Below, one piece after another: positions 26,181-38,479 of a DNA stretch of 64,000 nt (position 1 is its first letter; each line of letters opens with the position of its first letter). The notes under the pieces are model-generated. The model was not told where the DNA came from and searched no databases. It saw only the letters and a list, made by a program, of their open reading frames with translations. Made by a program: the position numbers and the translations under genes. Source of the DNA: Malacoraja senta (taxonomy: Eukaryota); the NCBI GenBank assembly GCA_038087875.1, contig CM075992.1, positions 5,148,001 through 5,212,000 of the forward strand, read 5' to 3'.

Positions 26181-27690
26181 CATAGATACATAGAAAGTAG
26201 GTGCAGGAGTAGGCCATTCGGCCCTTCGAGCCTGCACCGCCATTCAATATGATCATGGCTGATCATCCAACTCAGTATCCTGTACCTGCCTTCTCTCCAT
26301 ACCCCCTGATACCTTTAGCCACAAGGGCCACATCTAATTCCCTCTTAAATATAGCCAATGAACTGGCCTCAACTACCTTCTGCGGCAGAGAATTCCAGAG
26401 ATTCACCACTCTTCTGTGTGAAAAATGTTTATCTCATCTCGGTCCGAAAGGATTTCCGCCTTATCCTTAAACTGTGACCTCTTGTTCTGGACTTCCCCAA
26501 CATCGGGAACAATCTTCCTGCATCTAGCCTGTCCAACCCCTTAAGAATTTTGTAAGTTTCTATAAGATCCCCTCTCAATCTTCTAAATTCTAGCGAGTAC
26601 AAGCCGAGTCTATCCAGTCTTTCTTCATATGAAAGTCCTGACATCCCAGGAATCAGTCTGGTGAACCTTCTCTGTACTCCCTCTATGGCAAAAATGTCTT
26701 TCCTCAGATTAGGAGACCAAAACTGTATGCAATACTCCAGGTGTGGTCTCACCAAGACCCTGTAAAACTGCAGTAGAACCTCCCTGCTCCCTATACTCAA
26801 ATCCTTTTGCTATGAATGCTAACATACCATTCGATTTCTTCACTGCCTGCTGCACTGCATGCCTACTTTCAATGACTGGTGTACCATGACACCCAGGTCT
26901 CGTTGCATCTCCCCTTTTCCTAATCAGCCACATTCAGATAATAGTCTACTTTCCTGTTTTTGCCACCAAAGTGGATAACCTCACATTTATCACATTATAC
27001 TGCATCTGCCATGCATTTGCCCACTCACCCATCCTATCCAAGTCACCTTGCAGCTTCCTAGCATCCTCCTCACAGCTAACACTGCCCCCCAGCTTCGTGT
27101 CATCCGCAAACTTGGAGATGTTGCATTCAATTCCCTCGTCCAAATCATTAATATATTTTGTAAATAGCTGGGTCCCAGCACTGAGCCTTGCGGTACCCAC
27201 TAGTCACTGCCTGCCCATTCTGAAAAGGACCCGTTTACTCCTACTCTTTGCTTGCTGTCTGCCCAGCCAGTTCTCTATCCACATCAATACTGACCCCCAA
27301 TACCGTGTGCTTTAAGTTTGTATACTAATCTCTTATGTGGGACCTTGTCAAAAGCCTTCTGTAAGTCCAGATATAACACATCCACTGGTTCTCCCTTATC
27401 CACTCTACTAGTTAATTCTCGAAAAATTCTATAAGATTCGTCAGACATGATTTACCTTTCATAAATCCATGCTGACTTTAACCAATGATTTCACCACTTT
27501 CCAAATGTGCTGCTATCCCATCTTTAATAACTGACTAGCAGTTTCCCCACTACCGATGTTAGACTAACTGGTCTGTAATTCCCCGTTTTCTCTCTCCCTC
27601 CCTTTTTAAAAAGTGGGGGTTACATTAGCTACCCTCCAATCCTCAGGAACTACTCCAGATTCTAAAGAGTTTTGAAAAATTATCACTAAA
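26181..27690 (-). mobile_element. 1.5-kb CR1/HER1 LINE fragment (RT domain, many small indels)
   Basis: ORFs 26429..26800 and 26946..27200 (FADDTKLGG); reverse complement of the 8219-9425 family, extending further 5'. Confidence 0.92.
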
Positions 27691-27692
27691 GG

Positions 27693-28175
27693 AAAGATCC
27701 ATCACAGTATGGTTTGGGAACAGCTCCATCCAAGACTGCAGGAAATTGTAGAGAATAGTGGATGCAGCCCAGACCATCACACAAACCAACTTCCCTTCCA
27801 TTGACTCCATTTACACCTCACGCTGCCTCGCAAGGCCAGCAGCATAATCAAGGACGAGTCGCACCCTGGCCACTCCTCCCACCTCCAGATTCAGGGACAG
27901 TTTCTTCCCAGCTGTTATCAGGCATCTGAACCATCCGACCACAACCAGAGAGCAGTCCTGAAGTACTATCTACCTCACTGGAGACCTTCGACTATCCTTG
28001 ATCGGACATTACTGCCTTTTATCTTGCACTAAACATTATTCATGTTATTCCCTTTATCAGGTATCCATAAACTGTGGACGGCTCGATTGTAATCATGTAT
28101 TGTCTTTCTAGTTAGCACGCAACAAAAGCGTTTCACTGTACCTCGGTACACGTGACAATAAACTAAACAAAACTA
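27693..28175 (+). mobile_element. Rex1/Babar-like retroelement 3' fragment
   Basis: ITVWFGNSSIQDCRKL...IIKDESHPGH...RFRDSFFPAVIRHLN. Similar pieces at 36045-36235, 40130-40400 and 44605-44920. Confidence 0.7.
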
Positions 28176-28852
28176 AAATAACTAATCTAAACACTTTGTG
28201 AGTTGTAGGCACTTTTGGTTGAAACACAACCAGACAGTCTGCACATGCATAAATCCCTGGGTCAGACATGCTATTGAACGGTGCCAATTGCAGGATCTAT
28301 GTTGACCCAGATCAGTCTATTGGGCGGATTTAGTTTAGTTGAGATATATACAGCATGGAAACAAGGCCCTTTGGCCCACCGAGTCCGTACCGACCCGCGA
28401 TCCCCGCACATTAACACTATCCAATGGGATATGGGGAGAAGGCAGGAACGGGGTACTGATTGGAGATGATCAGCCATGATCACATTGAATGGCGCTGCTG
28501 GCTCGAGAGGGGCCGAATGGCCTACTCCTGCACCTATTGTCTATTGTGCAACACACACTAGGGACAATTTACACTTATACCAAGCCAATTAACTGACAAA
28601 CCTGTATGTCTTTGGAGTGTGGGAAGAAACCGAAGATCTCGGAGAAAACCCACGCAGGTCAAGGTGAGAACATACAAACTCCGTACAGACAGCACCTGTA
28701 GTCGGGATCGAACCCGGGTCTCTGGCGCTGTGAGGCAGGAGCTCTGCCACCCAATGTGACATGGGTTTAACTTTGCAATGACAACATCCCTGGCAGATCA
28801 GGACTCCCCTGGGGTCAGAGCCTTGTGACAGTGACGAGGTTGAAAAGGCCAT

Positions 28853-28872
28853 GGGCGGGTGACCTTTGACCT
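28853..28872. promoter_or_regulatory. Perfect DR1 nuclear-receptor element (TGACCTTTGACCT) adjacent to a GC box, in non-repeat DNA
   Basis: GGGCGGG at 28853-28859 followed by TGACCTTTGACCT at 28860-28872 (AGGTCAAAGGTCA on minus). Motif match only. Confidence 0.35.
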
Positions 28873-29419
28873 GGGAGCAGGAGTGCTAACCAACGAGCCC
28901 TGGCCACAAGTGCTTTCCATTAGCGCTGCCCTTTGCTTCTCACCCCGGAGCTAGGGATTGAAAGGCAGCACCATGAAAGGAAGGGTAGAAAGCGATCTTG
29001 ATCTGACAGGAAATTAAAGAACGACACACACCAGGAGCCTCTGGGAACAGTCTGTCAAATACACTTCCATATATGATACTCTCCCTTTCATTTTCTGATT
29101 TCATTTAGCCTCACGGAAATCAAAGTCAACTATAGTTCGTGTGGTAATTTTGTAATGTTATCATCTGATGGAGCCTGATCTGTATAGAAATGAATGATTT
29201 GTTTAAGAAGGAACTGCAGATGCTGGAAAATCCAGGTACACAAAATGCTGGAGAAACTCAGCGGGTGCAGCAGCATCTATGGAACGAAGGAAATAGGCAA
29301 CGTTTTGGGCCGAAACCCTTCTTCAGACTAGAAATGAATGATACTTTGAGTAGGTGGCCTGTAATAAGAGGAAACATTGGACAGGCTAGGCTTAGAAGAG
29401 TGGGAGTAAACGATTAAAA

Positions 29420-29548
29420 TATTTACGATATTAAATATCTTAATATCTTATTAAGATACATTATATACGATATTATATACTATATCTTATTTCATATTAT
29501 ATATTATATTTTATATTATATATCCTACATATTATATCCTATATCCTA
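29420..29548. repeat. AT-rich low-complexity tract
   Basis: Seen directly (tattata-like units). Confidence 0.85.
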
Positions 29549-31709
29549 CTGATGAGAGTACTGAGATGAGGAAAAACTTTTTAACCCAGAGAGTTGTGAA
29601 TCTGTGGAATTCTCTGCCTCAGAATGCTGTGGAGGCCAATTCACTGGATGTTTTCAAGAGAGAGTTAGAGTTAGAGAGAGTCTTAGGGCTAACGGAATCA
29701 AGGGATATGGGGAGAAAGCAGGAACGGGGTACTGATTTTGGATAATTAGCCATGATCATATTGAATGGCGGTGCTGGCTCGAAGGGCCAAATGGCCTACA
29801 CCTGCAACTATTTTTCACGTTCCTATATCTTATATCCCGAGGTTTCCCAGAGGATAGATATGGAATATTTCCTCTTGTGGAAGAATATAGAATAAGAGGT
29901 TATTTAAAAAAAGTGGGGTAAAGTGAATGTCAGGTAGGGTGGCACAGTGGCGCAACTGGTACAGCTGTTACCTCACAGCGCCAGAGACCTAGGTTCGATC
30001 CTGACCTCGGGTTCTGTCTGTGTGGAGTTTGCGCATTTCCCTGTAAACACTTGGATATCCTCCGAGTGATCCGGTTTCCTCCCACATCCCAAAGACGTGC
30101 GGGTTTGCAGGTTAAATGGTCTCTGTAAATTGCCCCGAGTGGGTAAGGTGGTTGAGAAAGTGGGTTACCATAGACCTAGTATGAATGGGTGATCAATGGG
30201 CGGCAGGTGTTTGTCGGTCGAAGGGCCTGTTTCCATGCAGTATCTTTCAACATACACAAGTGAAATTCAGGATCAGAACAGTGTTACAGTTGCAGTCTCA
30301 CAGTGACAGCGACACTGGTTTAATCATGACTGCTGCTGTCTGTGTGGAGTTTGCAATGCCAGAGACCCAGGTGCGATCCTGACTATGGGTGCTGTCTGTA
30401 CGGAGTTTGTACATTCTCCCCGTGACCACCTGGTTTTCTCCAAGATCTTCGGTTTCAATAGACAATATACAATAGGTGCAGGAGTAGGCCATTTGGCCCT
30501 TCGAGCCAGCACCGCCATTCAATGTGATCATGGCTGATCATCCCCAATCAGTACCCCGTTCCTGCCTTCTCCCCATATCCCCTGACTCCGCTATTTTTAA
30601 GAGCCCTATCTAGCTCTCTCTTGAAAGCATCCAGAGGACCTGCCACCACCGCCCTCTGAGGCAGAGAATTCCACAGACTCACCACACTCCACACCCACAG
30701 ACGTACAGGCTTGTAGGTTAATTGGCTTGGTATAAATGTAAATTGGCCTAGTGTGTGTAGGATAGTGTTAGTGTGCGGGGATCGCAGGTTGGCGCGGGCT
30801 CGGTGGGCCGAAGGGCCTGTTTTCGTGCTGTATTTCTAAACTAAACTAAACTCCAAAGACGTGCGAGTTTGTAGGTTAATCGTTCTCCGTAAGAAAAAGG
30901 TGATCGCTGTGCAGAACACCTCCACAGAAGAGAAGTGATCACAAGCTTGCAGGTGCCTGTTGTTCTAATTCTCCAGCCCACTCCTTTCTGTTTTTAGCTT
31001 CCTTTAGTGTTCCATTGAAACTCAGCCAAACAGAGCTTCACCTTTCAGTTAAACACAACAGATGCCAACGCGCGGTAAATCATTTCAGTTAACTCTTCCA
31101 TGTTACACTTCCTCTGCATCCATCCTTTGTTTCCTGGTTCCCCATTCCCACCAGCCCTCTCAGTCTATGCAACTGAGTGAGGCCAAACGCAAATTGGAGG
31201 AACAGCAGCAACTCATATTTCGCTTGGGTAGGTTACACCCCAGCGGGAGCAGACAAAAATGCTGGAGAAACTCAGCGGGTGAGGCAGCATCAATGGAGCG
31301 AAGGAAATAGGCAACGTTTTGGGTCGAAACTCGAAACGTTGCCTATTTCCTTCGCTCCATAGATGCTGCCTCACCCGTTGAGTTTCTCCAGCATTTTTGT
31401 CTACCTTCGATTTTCCAGCATCTGCAGTTCCTTCTTAAACGTTATACCCCAGCGTATTGATTTCTCTAACTTCAAATAACCCTTGCATCCCCACTCTCTC
31501 CGTCCCTCCCCTGCCCAAGTCTTTGTGTCTCAATGGCTGTAACACGTTTTCACCCAGCCCACAGCTAACAATGTTTCCTTTATCATCGTTACATTTTCAC
31601 ATATCTCTCATTCATTTGTTCTATATCTCTCTGTATCACCATCTATATCTCTCGTTTCCCTGTCCCCTCACTCTCATCCTGAAGAATAGTCAATGCCTCT
31701 GACTACTCA

Positions 31710-32040
31710 AATGTTCCCGATGTTGGGGGAATCCCTAACCCGGGGTCACAGTTTAAGAATAAGGGGTGGGCCATTTAGGATTGAGATGAGGAAAAACTTC
31801 TTCACCCAGAGAGTTGTGAATCTGTGGAATTCTCTGCCACAGAAGGCAGTGGAGGCCAATTCACTGGATGTCTTCAAGAGAGAGTTAGATTTAGCTCTTA
31901 GGGCTAATGGAATCGAGGGATATGGAGAAAAAGCAGGAACGGGGTACTGATTTTAGATGATCAGCCATGATAATATTGAAAGGCAATGCTGGCTCGAAGG
32001 GCTGAATGGCCTCCTCCTGCATCTATTTTTCTATGTTTCT
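31710..32040 (+). mobile_element. CR1/HER1 LINE 3' fragment
   Basis: ORF 31693..31950 gives the CR1 C-terminal peptide, followed by the 3' UTR. Confidence 0.85.
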
Positions 32041-33912
32041 ATCTATCTCTGCCTTAAATATATCCACTGACTTTACCTCCACAGCCTTCTGTGGCAAAGA
32101 ATTCCACAGATTCATCACAGATTCTGACTCAAGAAATTCCTCATCTCCTTCCTAAAAGGAAGTCCTTTAATTCTGAACCTCTAGTCCGAGACTCTCCCAC
32201 TAGTGGAAACATCCTCTCCACATCCACTCTATCTAAGCCTTTCACTATTCTGTATGTTTCAATGAGGTCCCCCCCTCATACTTCTAAACACCAGCGAGTA
32301 CAGGCCCAGTGTCTGTCAAACGCTCATCGCATGTTAACCCACTCATTCCTGGGATCATTCTTGTAAACCTCCTCTGGACCCCCTCTAGAGCCAGCATGTC
32401 CTTCCTCAGGTATGTTGCCCAAAACTGCTCACAATATTCCACATGCGGCCTTATAGAGCCTCAGCATTACATTGCACGGGTGATCAATGGATAGTGGGCC
32501 AAAGGGCCTGTTTTCATGCTGTATCCTTCAATCAATCCAAGATCAATCTCAGTAGTTTACAGCAGGCGAGGCCACTAAGCTTAATTTACTAGACACCCAT
32601 CCCACGATATAATGAATCTTTTAATCAATTAATTTATCCATCTTCACTATGGATCGCCATTTTTGTATTGCCTTAAAATCTCTGAACACTTTCTCCATGT
32701 TATTAGCTGGGAGATACAAACATAATTATTGCTGTTCCACTGAAATTGAGAATCAGCCCGTCGATTGCCCTGTCAACTCCTTTAAATATTGTCCCTTTCA
32801 ACTCAAATCTACCGTATGTCCTCTAGTGTGTGATTATTCCATCCTGAGAACAAGATTCTGACTGTCTAGCCTATTTATGCCTCTTGTAATTTTATATACT
32901 TCTATATAACACGACAGGTGGGACTAGTGTAGGTGGGACATGTTGGCCGGTGTGGGCAAGTTGGGCAGAAGGGCCTGTGTCCACGCAGTAATGACTATAA
33001 GTGCGTAGTTTGTGCATACGCAATGCATACTCAGTGTGTAGATGTGGCATCGTTGGTGTGTACTGACTCTGCCACCAGAATACCTGGATCGTTTTCTCTG
33101 GTTGTGTGGAGATTTGACAATAGACAATAGACAATAGACAATAGACAATAGGTGCAGGAGTAGGCCATTCGGTGCTTCGAGCCTGCACCACCATTCAATG
33201 TGATCATGGCTGATCATCCCCAGTCAGTACCCCATTCCTGCCTTCTCCCCAACCCCTGACTCCACTATCTTTAAGAGCCCTATCTATTGTATTTTGTCTA
33301 TTGTCTACACTAGTCCCACCTGTCCGCGTTTGGTCCATATCCCTGCCCTATCCATGTATCTGTCCGTTTCTTAAGCGTTGGGATAGGTCTTACCTCAACC
33401 ACCTCCTCTGGCAGTTAATTCCATACACCCACCGCACTTTGTGTGAAAAAGTTACCCCTCAGATTCCTATTAAATCTTTTCCCCTTCACCTTAAACTTGT
33501 GTCCTCTGGTCCTTGATTCGTCTACTTTGGGCAGGAGACTCTGTGCATCTACCCGATCTATTCCCCTCCATGATGTTATACACCTCTGCAAGATCACTTC
33601 TCATCCCAGCATGCTTAACCCCTCCCTGTAGCTCAGACCCCCCAGTCCTGGCAACATCCTCGTACCTAATACGCTAATCCAATCTCTCCCTGTAGCTGAT
33701 AGCCCCTAATCCAGGCATCATTCTGGTAAACTCCCGCTGCACCCTTTCCAAAGCCTCCATATCCTTCCTGTAATGGGGTGGACAGAGCTACACTCTCTAC
33801 ACCAAAAACAAAACACATTATACTGAGCCACGTAGGAAGACTTTATGAAGGAAAAAGAGGGGTAGGTTTTTAAGGACAGTCATTGCGGGGAGAGGGTGGG
33901 ACAGTTTGGACA

Positions 33913-34212
33913 GCACGGTGGTAGAGTTGCTGCCTTACAGCACTTGCAACGCCAGAGTCGTGGGTCGATCCCGTCTACGGGTGCTGTCTGTACGGAGTTT
34001 GTACCTTCTCCCCGTGACCTGCGTGGGTTTTCTCCGAGATCTTTGGCTTCCTCCCACACTCCAACGACGTGCAGGTTTGTAGGCTAATTGGCTTGGTATG
34101 AATGTCAATTGTCCCTGTGTGTGGGGTAGTGTTAGTGTGCGGGGATCGCCGGTCGGCACGGACTCCGTGGGCCGAAGGGCCATGTTTCCGCGCTGTATCA
34201 CTGGACTAAACT
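33913..34212 (+). mobile_element. HE1-like V-SINE, near full-length
   Basis: Same consensus as the other copies. Confidence 0.85.
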
Positions 34213-37200
34213 TAAAAAATAGGGGAGAGAACTATTTTAGGCCTTGGCAGCTAAATCATAGCCACCGATGATAGATGGATTAAAATCAAGGACCTTCACA
34301 GGGCCAGTAATGAAAGAATGAGGAATTTATCAGAAGATTGCAGGACTGCAGATGATTGAAAAAGGAAGATCAATGGATGACTTCCAGTGCGAATATTACG
34401 CTTCAGCGACCAATCACTTTGACCTACATCATCCGCCGATCTGAATTCAATTGGGAAGAGAACTGACTCTAATCCGAAGATAGACACAAATTGCTGGAGT
34501 AACTCAGCGGGACAGGCAGCATATCTAGAGAGAAGGAATGGGTGACGTTTCGGGTCGAGACCCTTCTTCGGACTCGACCCCAAACGACACCCATTCCTTC
34601 TCTCCAGAGATGCTGCCTGTCCCGCTGAGTTATTCCAGCATTTTGAGTCTATCTTTGGAGTAAACTAGCATCTGCAGTTCCTTCCCAAACGTCATTGTTC
34701 ACCAACCGTTAGATACAGCTCTTCGGGCTAACGTATCAAGGGATATGGGGGAGAAAGCAGGAACGGGGTACAGATTTTGGATGAACAGCCCTGATCATAT
34801 TGAATGGCGGTGCTGGCTCGATGGGCAGTTATGGCCTGCTCTTGCACCTATTTTCTATGTTTCTAGCAGCCATTTTCCTCGTTCTCCTGCATCTCTGGAA
34901 AAGGTTCAAACAAGATGCGGGCGGGGGGGGGGTTAAAAAACACATTTTCCTCCTGGGAATTGCTCGCAGCTGCCGCCGAGAGATTAATTTTCATCGCCTG
35001 CTGTGCCGACAACCACAGTGTTCCATCAATCAGCGTGAATAAGCCCCAGAAGTTCACAGCGCCAGCGAGCAAATGCTCAATGCATCACTCCAGAATCACT
35101 CATTAGACAGGCCGCAAACCCTTTTTCACAAATAAATGTGTTGCCGTCTGCATTAAACCGATGGCCAGACTGAGCAATTTCCTCCGACTACCGAGTAAGA
35201 ATTCGCCAGCTAATGTCAGGCACGGTAACACGTTATGTGGTCGATGGGTGTTATCCAAATCCTTTCGGCTCTTACCAGCAACTAAACTGCAAACGACGAG
35301 ATTGTGAGGCGGTGAAAGAGGATTAAGACATTTTAATCCATGGTCACCTCTTTGGAAAGCACATTTTGAGAACTCGTTGTTCCAGTTTACTGCTCTGTAA
35401 CCTGTCCCCTGCAATTACTCCGGATGAGCGAATCCAGTTGACCTTGGACACGCGACGCTCCAGGGATCTGGCTCGCCTTCCTTCAGGATGGGAGAGGAAG
35501 GTCAGAACCCTGGACACCCGATTAGTACGACGATCCCAATGTTGGGGGAGTCCAGAACCAGGGGGCCCACAGTCTAAGAATATAGGGGAGGCCATTTAAA
35601 ACTGAGATGAGAAAAAAAAAAATTCACCCAGAGAGTTGTGAATTTGTGGAATTCTCTGCCACAGAGGGCAGTGGAGGCCAATTCACTGGATGGATTTAAA
35701 AGAGAGTTAGATAGAGCTCTAGGGGCTAGGGATATTGGGAGAAGGCAGGCACGGTTACTGATTGGGACGATCAGCCATAATCACAATGAATGGCAGCGCT
35801 GGCTCGAAGGGCCAAATGGCCTCCTCCTGCACCTATTTTCGATGTTTCTATGTTTCTAAATCTACTCTGCACTCTTGCCAGCTTATTGACAAGCTTCCTT
35901 GAACTGGGTGATCAAAGCTGAACACAATACTCCAAATGCCATCTCACCAGAGTTGTGTACAACTGGACCATAAACGCCCCAACTTCTATATCCAATACCC
36001 TGATTGATGAAGGCCAATGTACCAAAAGCCTTCTTTTCCATCCAATCTCCAGATTCAGGGGCAGCTTCTTCCCAGCTGTTATTAGGCAACAGAACAGTCC
36101 TCTCACCAACTAGAGAGCAGTCCTGACCTCCCATCTACCTCATTGGAGACCCTTGGACTATCTTTAATCAACATTTACTGGACCTATCTTGTACTAAGCA
36201 TTACACCTTCATTCTGCATCTGTAGGCTGTGGACTGCGCAGGCAATAGATTTATCCATACAGGGTGTTGAATCTGTGGAGTTCATTACCACAGAAGCTGG
36301 GTATTATTCAGGCAGAAATAGATAGATTCTTAATTAGTATGGGTGTCAAGGATTTTGGGGAGAAGGCAAGATATTAGAGTTAGGAGGGAGAGATAGATCA
36401 GTTATGATTGAATGGCGGAGTAGACTTGATGGGCAGAATGGCCTAATTCTGTTCCTATCGTAGGTTCAAGTGAAAGGGAAAAGATTTAATAGGAATCTAA
36501 GGGGTAACTTTTTCACACAAAGGGTGGTGGGTGTATGGAACAAGCTGCCAGAGGAGGTAGTTGAGGCTGGGACTATCCCAACGTCCAACAAACAGTTAGA
36601 CAGGTACATGGATGTGGCACAGGTACTGTGGAAGTCTGAAGAAGGGTTTCGGCCCGAAACGTTTCCTGTTTCCTTCGCTCCATAGATGCTGCTGCACCCG
36701 CTGAGTTTCTCCAGCATTTTTGTGTACCTTAGACAGGTACATGGATGGGACAGGTTTGGAGGGATATGGACCAGGCGCAGGCAGGTGGGACTAGTGTAGC
36801 TGGGACATGTTGGCCGGAGTGGGCAAGTTGGGCCGAAGGGCCTGTTTCCACGCTGTATCACTCTATGACTATCATTTATAAACTTATGACAACTTGATTG
36901 TACCATGTACCATGTACAATCTTTTTTGCTGATTGGATAGCGGGCAACAGAAAGCTTTCCATTCCACCTCTGCACACGGGCCAATAGGAAACTAAGCTAT
37001 CGACCTAGGAGGCCACTCATCCGAGAATACAGAACTGTGGTGACCAGTCTCTCGCCTGCCCAGTAAGACCGTGGCAACAAGCTGGGAGAGTTTGGAGAGT
37101 GGATGAGACCGGCAGTAGATTGGAATGATCTCGAGATGAGTTTAGCTGTGTGCCTGGGTCTTGTTCACCATGTGAAACGCAGATCAGGCAAACGTGAAGC

Positions 37201-37265
37201 AGAATTTAAGGTTATCGGTATTAATGAGAACAGACAATGCTATTTTTGAAGGTAGACAAAAGTGC

Positions 37266-37465
37266 NNNNNNNNNNNNNNNNNNNNNNNNNNNNNNNNNNN
37301 NNNNNNNNNNNNNNNNNNNNNNNNNNNNNNNNNNNNNNNNNNNNNNNNNNNNNNNNNNNNNNNNNNNNNNNNNNNNNNNNNNNNNNNNNNNNNNNNNNNN
37401 NNNNNNNNNNNNNNNNNNNNNNNNNNNNNNNNNNNNNNNNNNNNNNNNNNNNNNNNNNNNNNNNN
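37266..37465. other. Assembly gap (200 N)
   Basis: Run of exactly 200 N. A round number suggests a scaffolding join of unknown true size. Confidence 0.99.
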
Positions 37466-37749
37466 AACTAAGGAGTAAACTGAAAAAGGTGATCAGAAGG
37501 GCAAAAAGGGGCCAGGAGATAGATCTGGTAGGTATCACAATCCAAAAGATTTTATAAATACATAAGGGGGAAAAGGGTAACCAGAGAGAGAGTGGGACCT
37601 CTCAGGAATCAAAGCAGTCACATCTGTGTGAAGCTACAGGAAATGGGCAAGGTCCTCAAATGAATATTTCTCCTCTGTATTTACTGAGGAGAAAGACAGT
37701 TGGACGGAAGGTGGACAAAAATGCTGGTGAACTCAGCGGGTCAGGCTGC

Positions 37750-38189
37750 GTATTGAGGACTAACATCAAGTATGGCTTGGGGCATCTTTCCATGTTACCT
37801 GAAAGACTCCTTGCTCATATTAGAATGAGACTCCTTGCTCATATTAGTTTGTTCTTAGAATTAAGAACAAACTCAGGAGTAGCAGTATCACCACACTGCT
37901 TGGCATCTATCTATGTTGCCTGGAAGACCCCTTGCTATGATCCTTGCTAATGTTGAGGGCTAAGCGAGGAGCATCACTTGGGGCATCTTCCCATGTTGCC
38001 TGAAAGGCTCCTGGCTGATATGAAGGAGCATTGTTACTGCTTCGCTTGGCATCTTTACATGTCACCTGGAAGACTACTGCCGTTTATTATTCTTGCTAAT
38101 ATCAAGGACTGATGGGGAGCACTGACCATTGCCCATGTCACCCTCCCACCCGCGTGGCATCTTTCCTGGAGTGTTACCTGGAAGACTCC
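37750..38189. repeat. Degenerate tandem repeat containing copies of the NOTCH3 exon end and splice donor
   Basis: Core ggcatct..catgttacctg(g/a)aagactcc at 37781, 37902, 37982 and 38048, and at the real junction 38156-38189. Confidence 0.75.
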
Positions 38190-38479
38190 CTGGGCATCGG
38201 CCGCGACGGCTGCGTGCAGGGGAGAGCGGCCGTGTTGTCCTGGGCGTTGGCGTCTGCCCCGGCGTCCAGCAGCCGCTTGCGGCGTCAGCGCGGGCATAGC
38301 GGGCGGCCAGGTGCAGGGCCGTCTCGCCCGTCCGGTCCGTCTGGGCGCACAGTTGGCACCCTGGTAGATGAGGTCGGAGATGATGTTGGCAGACGGGTCC
38401 TCCGGCTCCTCCTCCTCCGCCAAGCCCGTGTCCAGTCCCCCGCCACAGTAGGATGCCAGCATCAGCGGGGTGAAACCAT
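38178..38479 (-). CDS. NOTCH3: NOTCH3 ankyrin-repeat exon (DGFTPLMLASYCGGGLDTG...[55 protein letters not shown]), with three apparent 1-bp deletions
   Basis: tgtAG acceptor and GTAACA donor. The Notch ANK peptide is recovered across three frames (ORFs 38055..38579 and 38074..38520), with shifts near 38352, 38279 and 38230. Confidence 0.9.

Noticed and set aside
35344..35595. Minus ORF ending ...MCFPK-AG|GTGACC as MAST1 exon 1
   Set aside because: The phase would fit, but there is no recognisable similarity to known MAST N-termini and the ORF start lies in a LINE; retained only as a unique-island finding.
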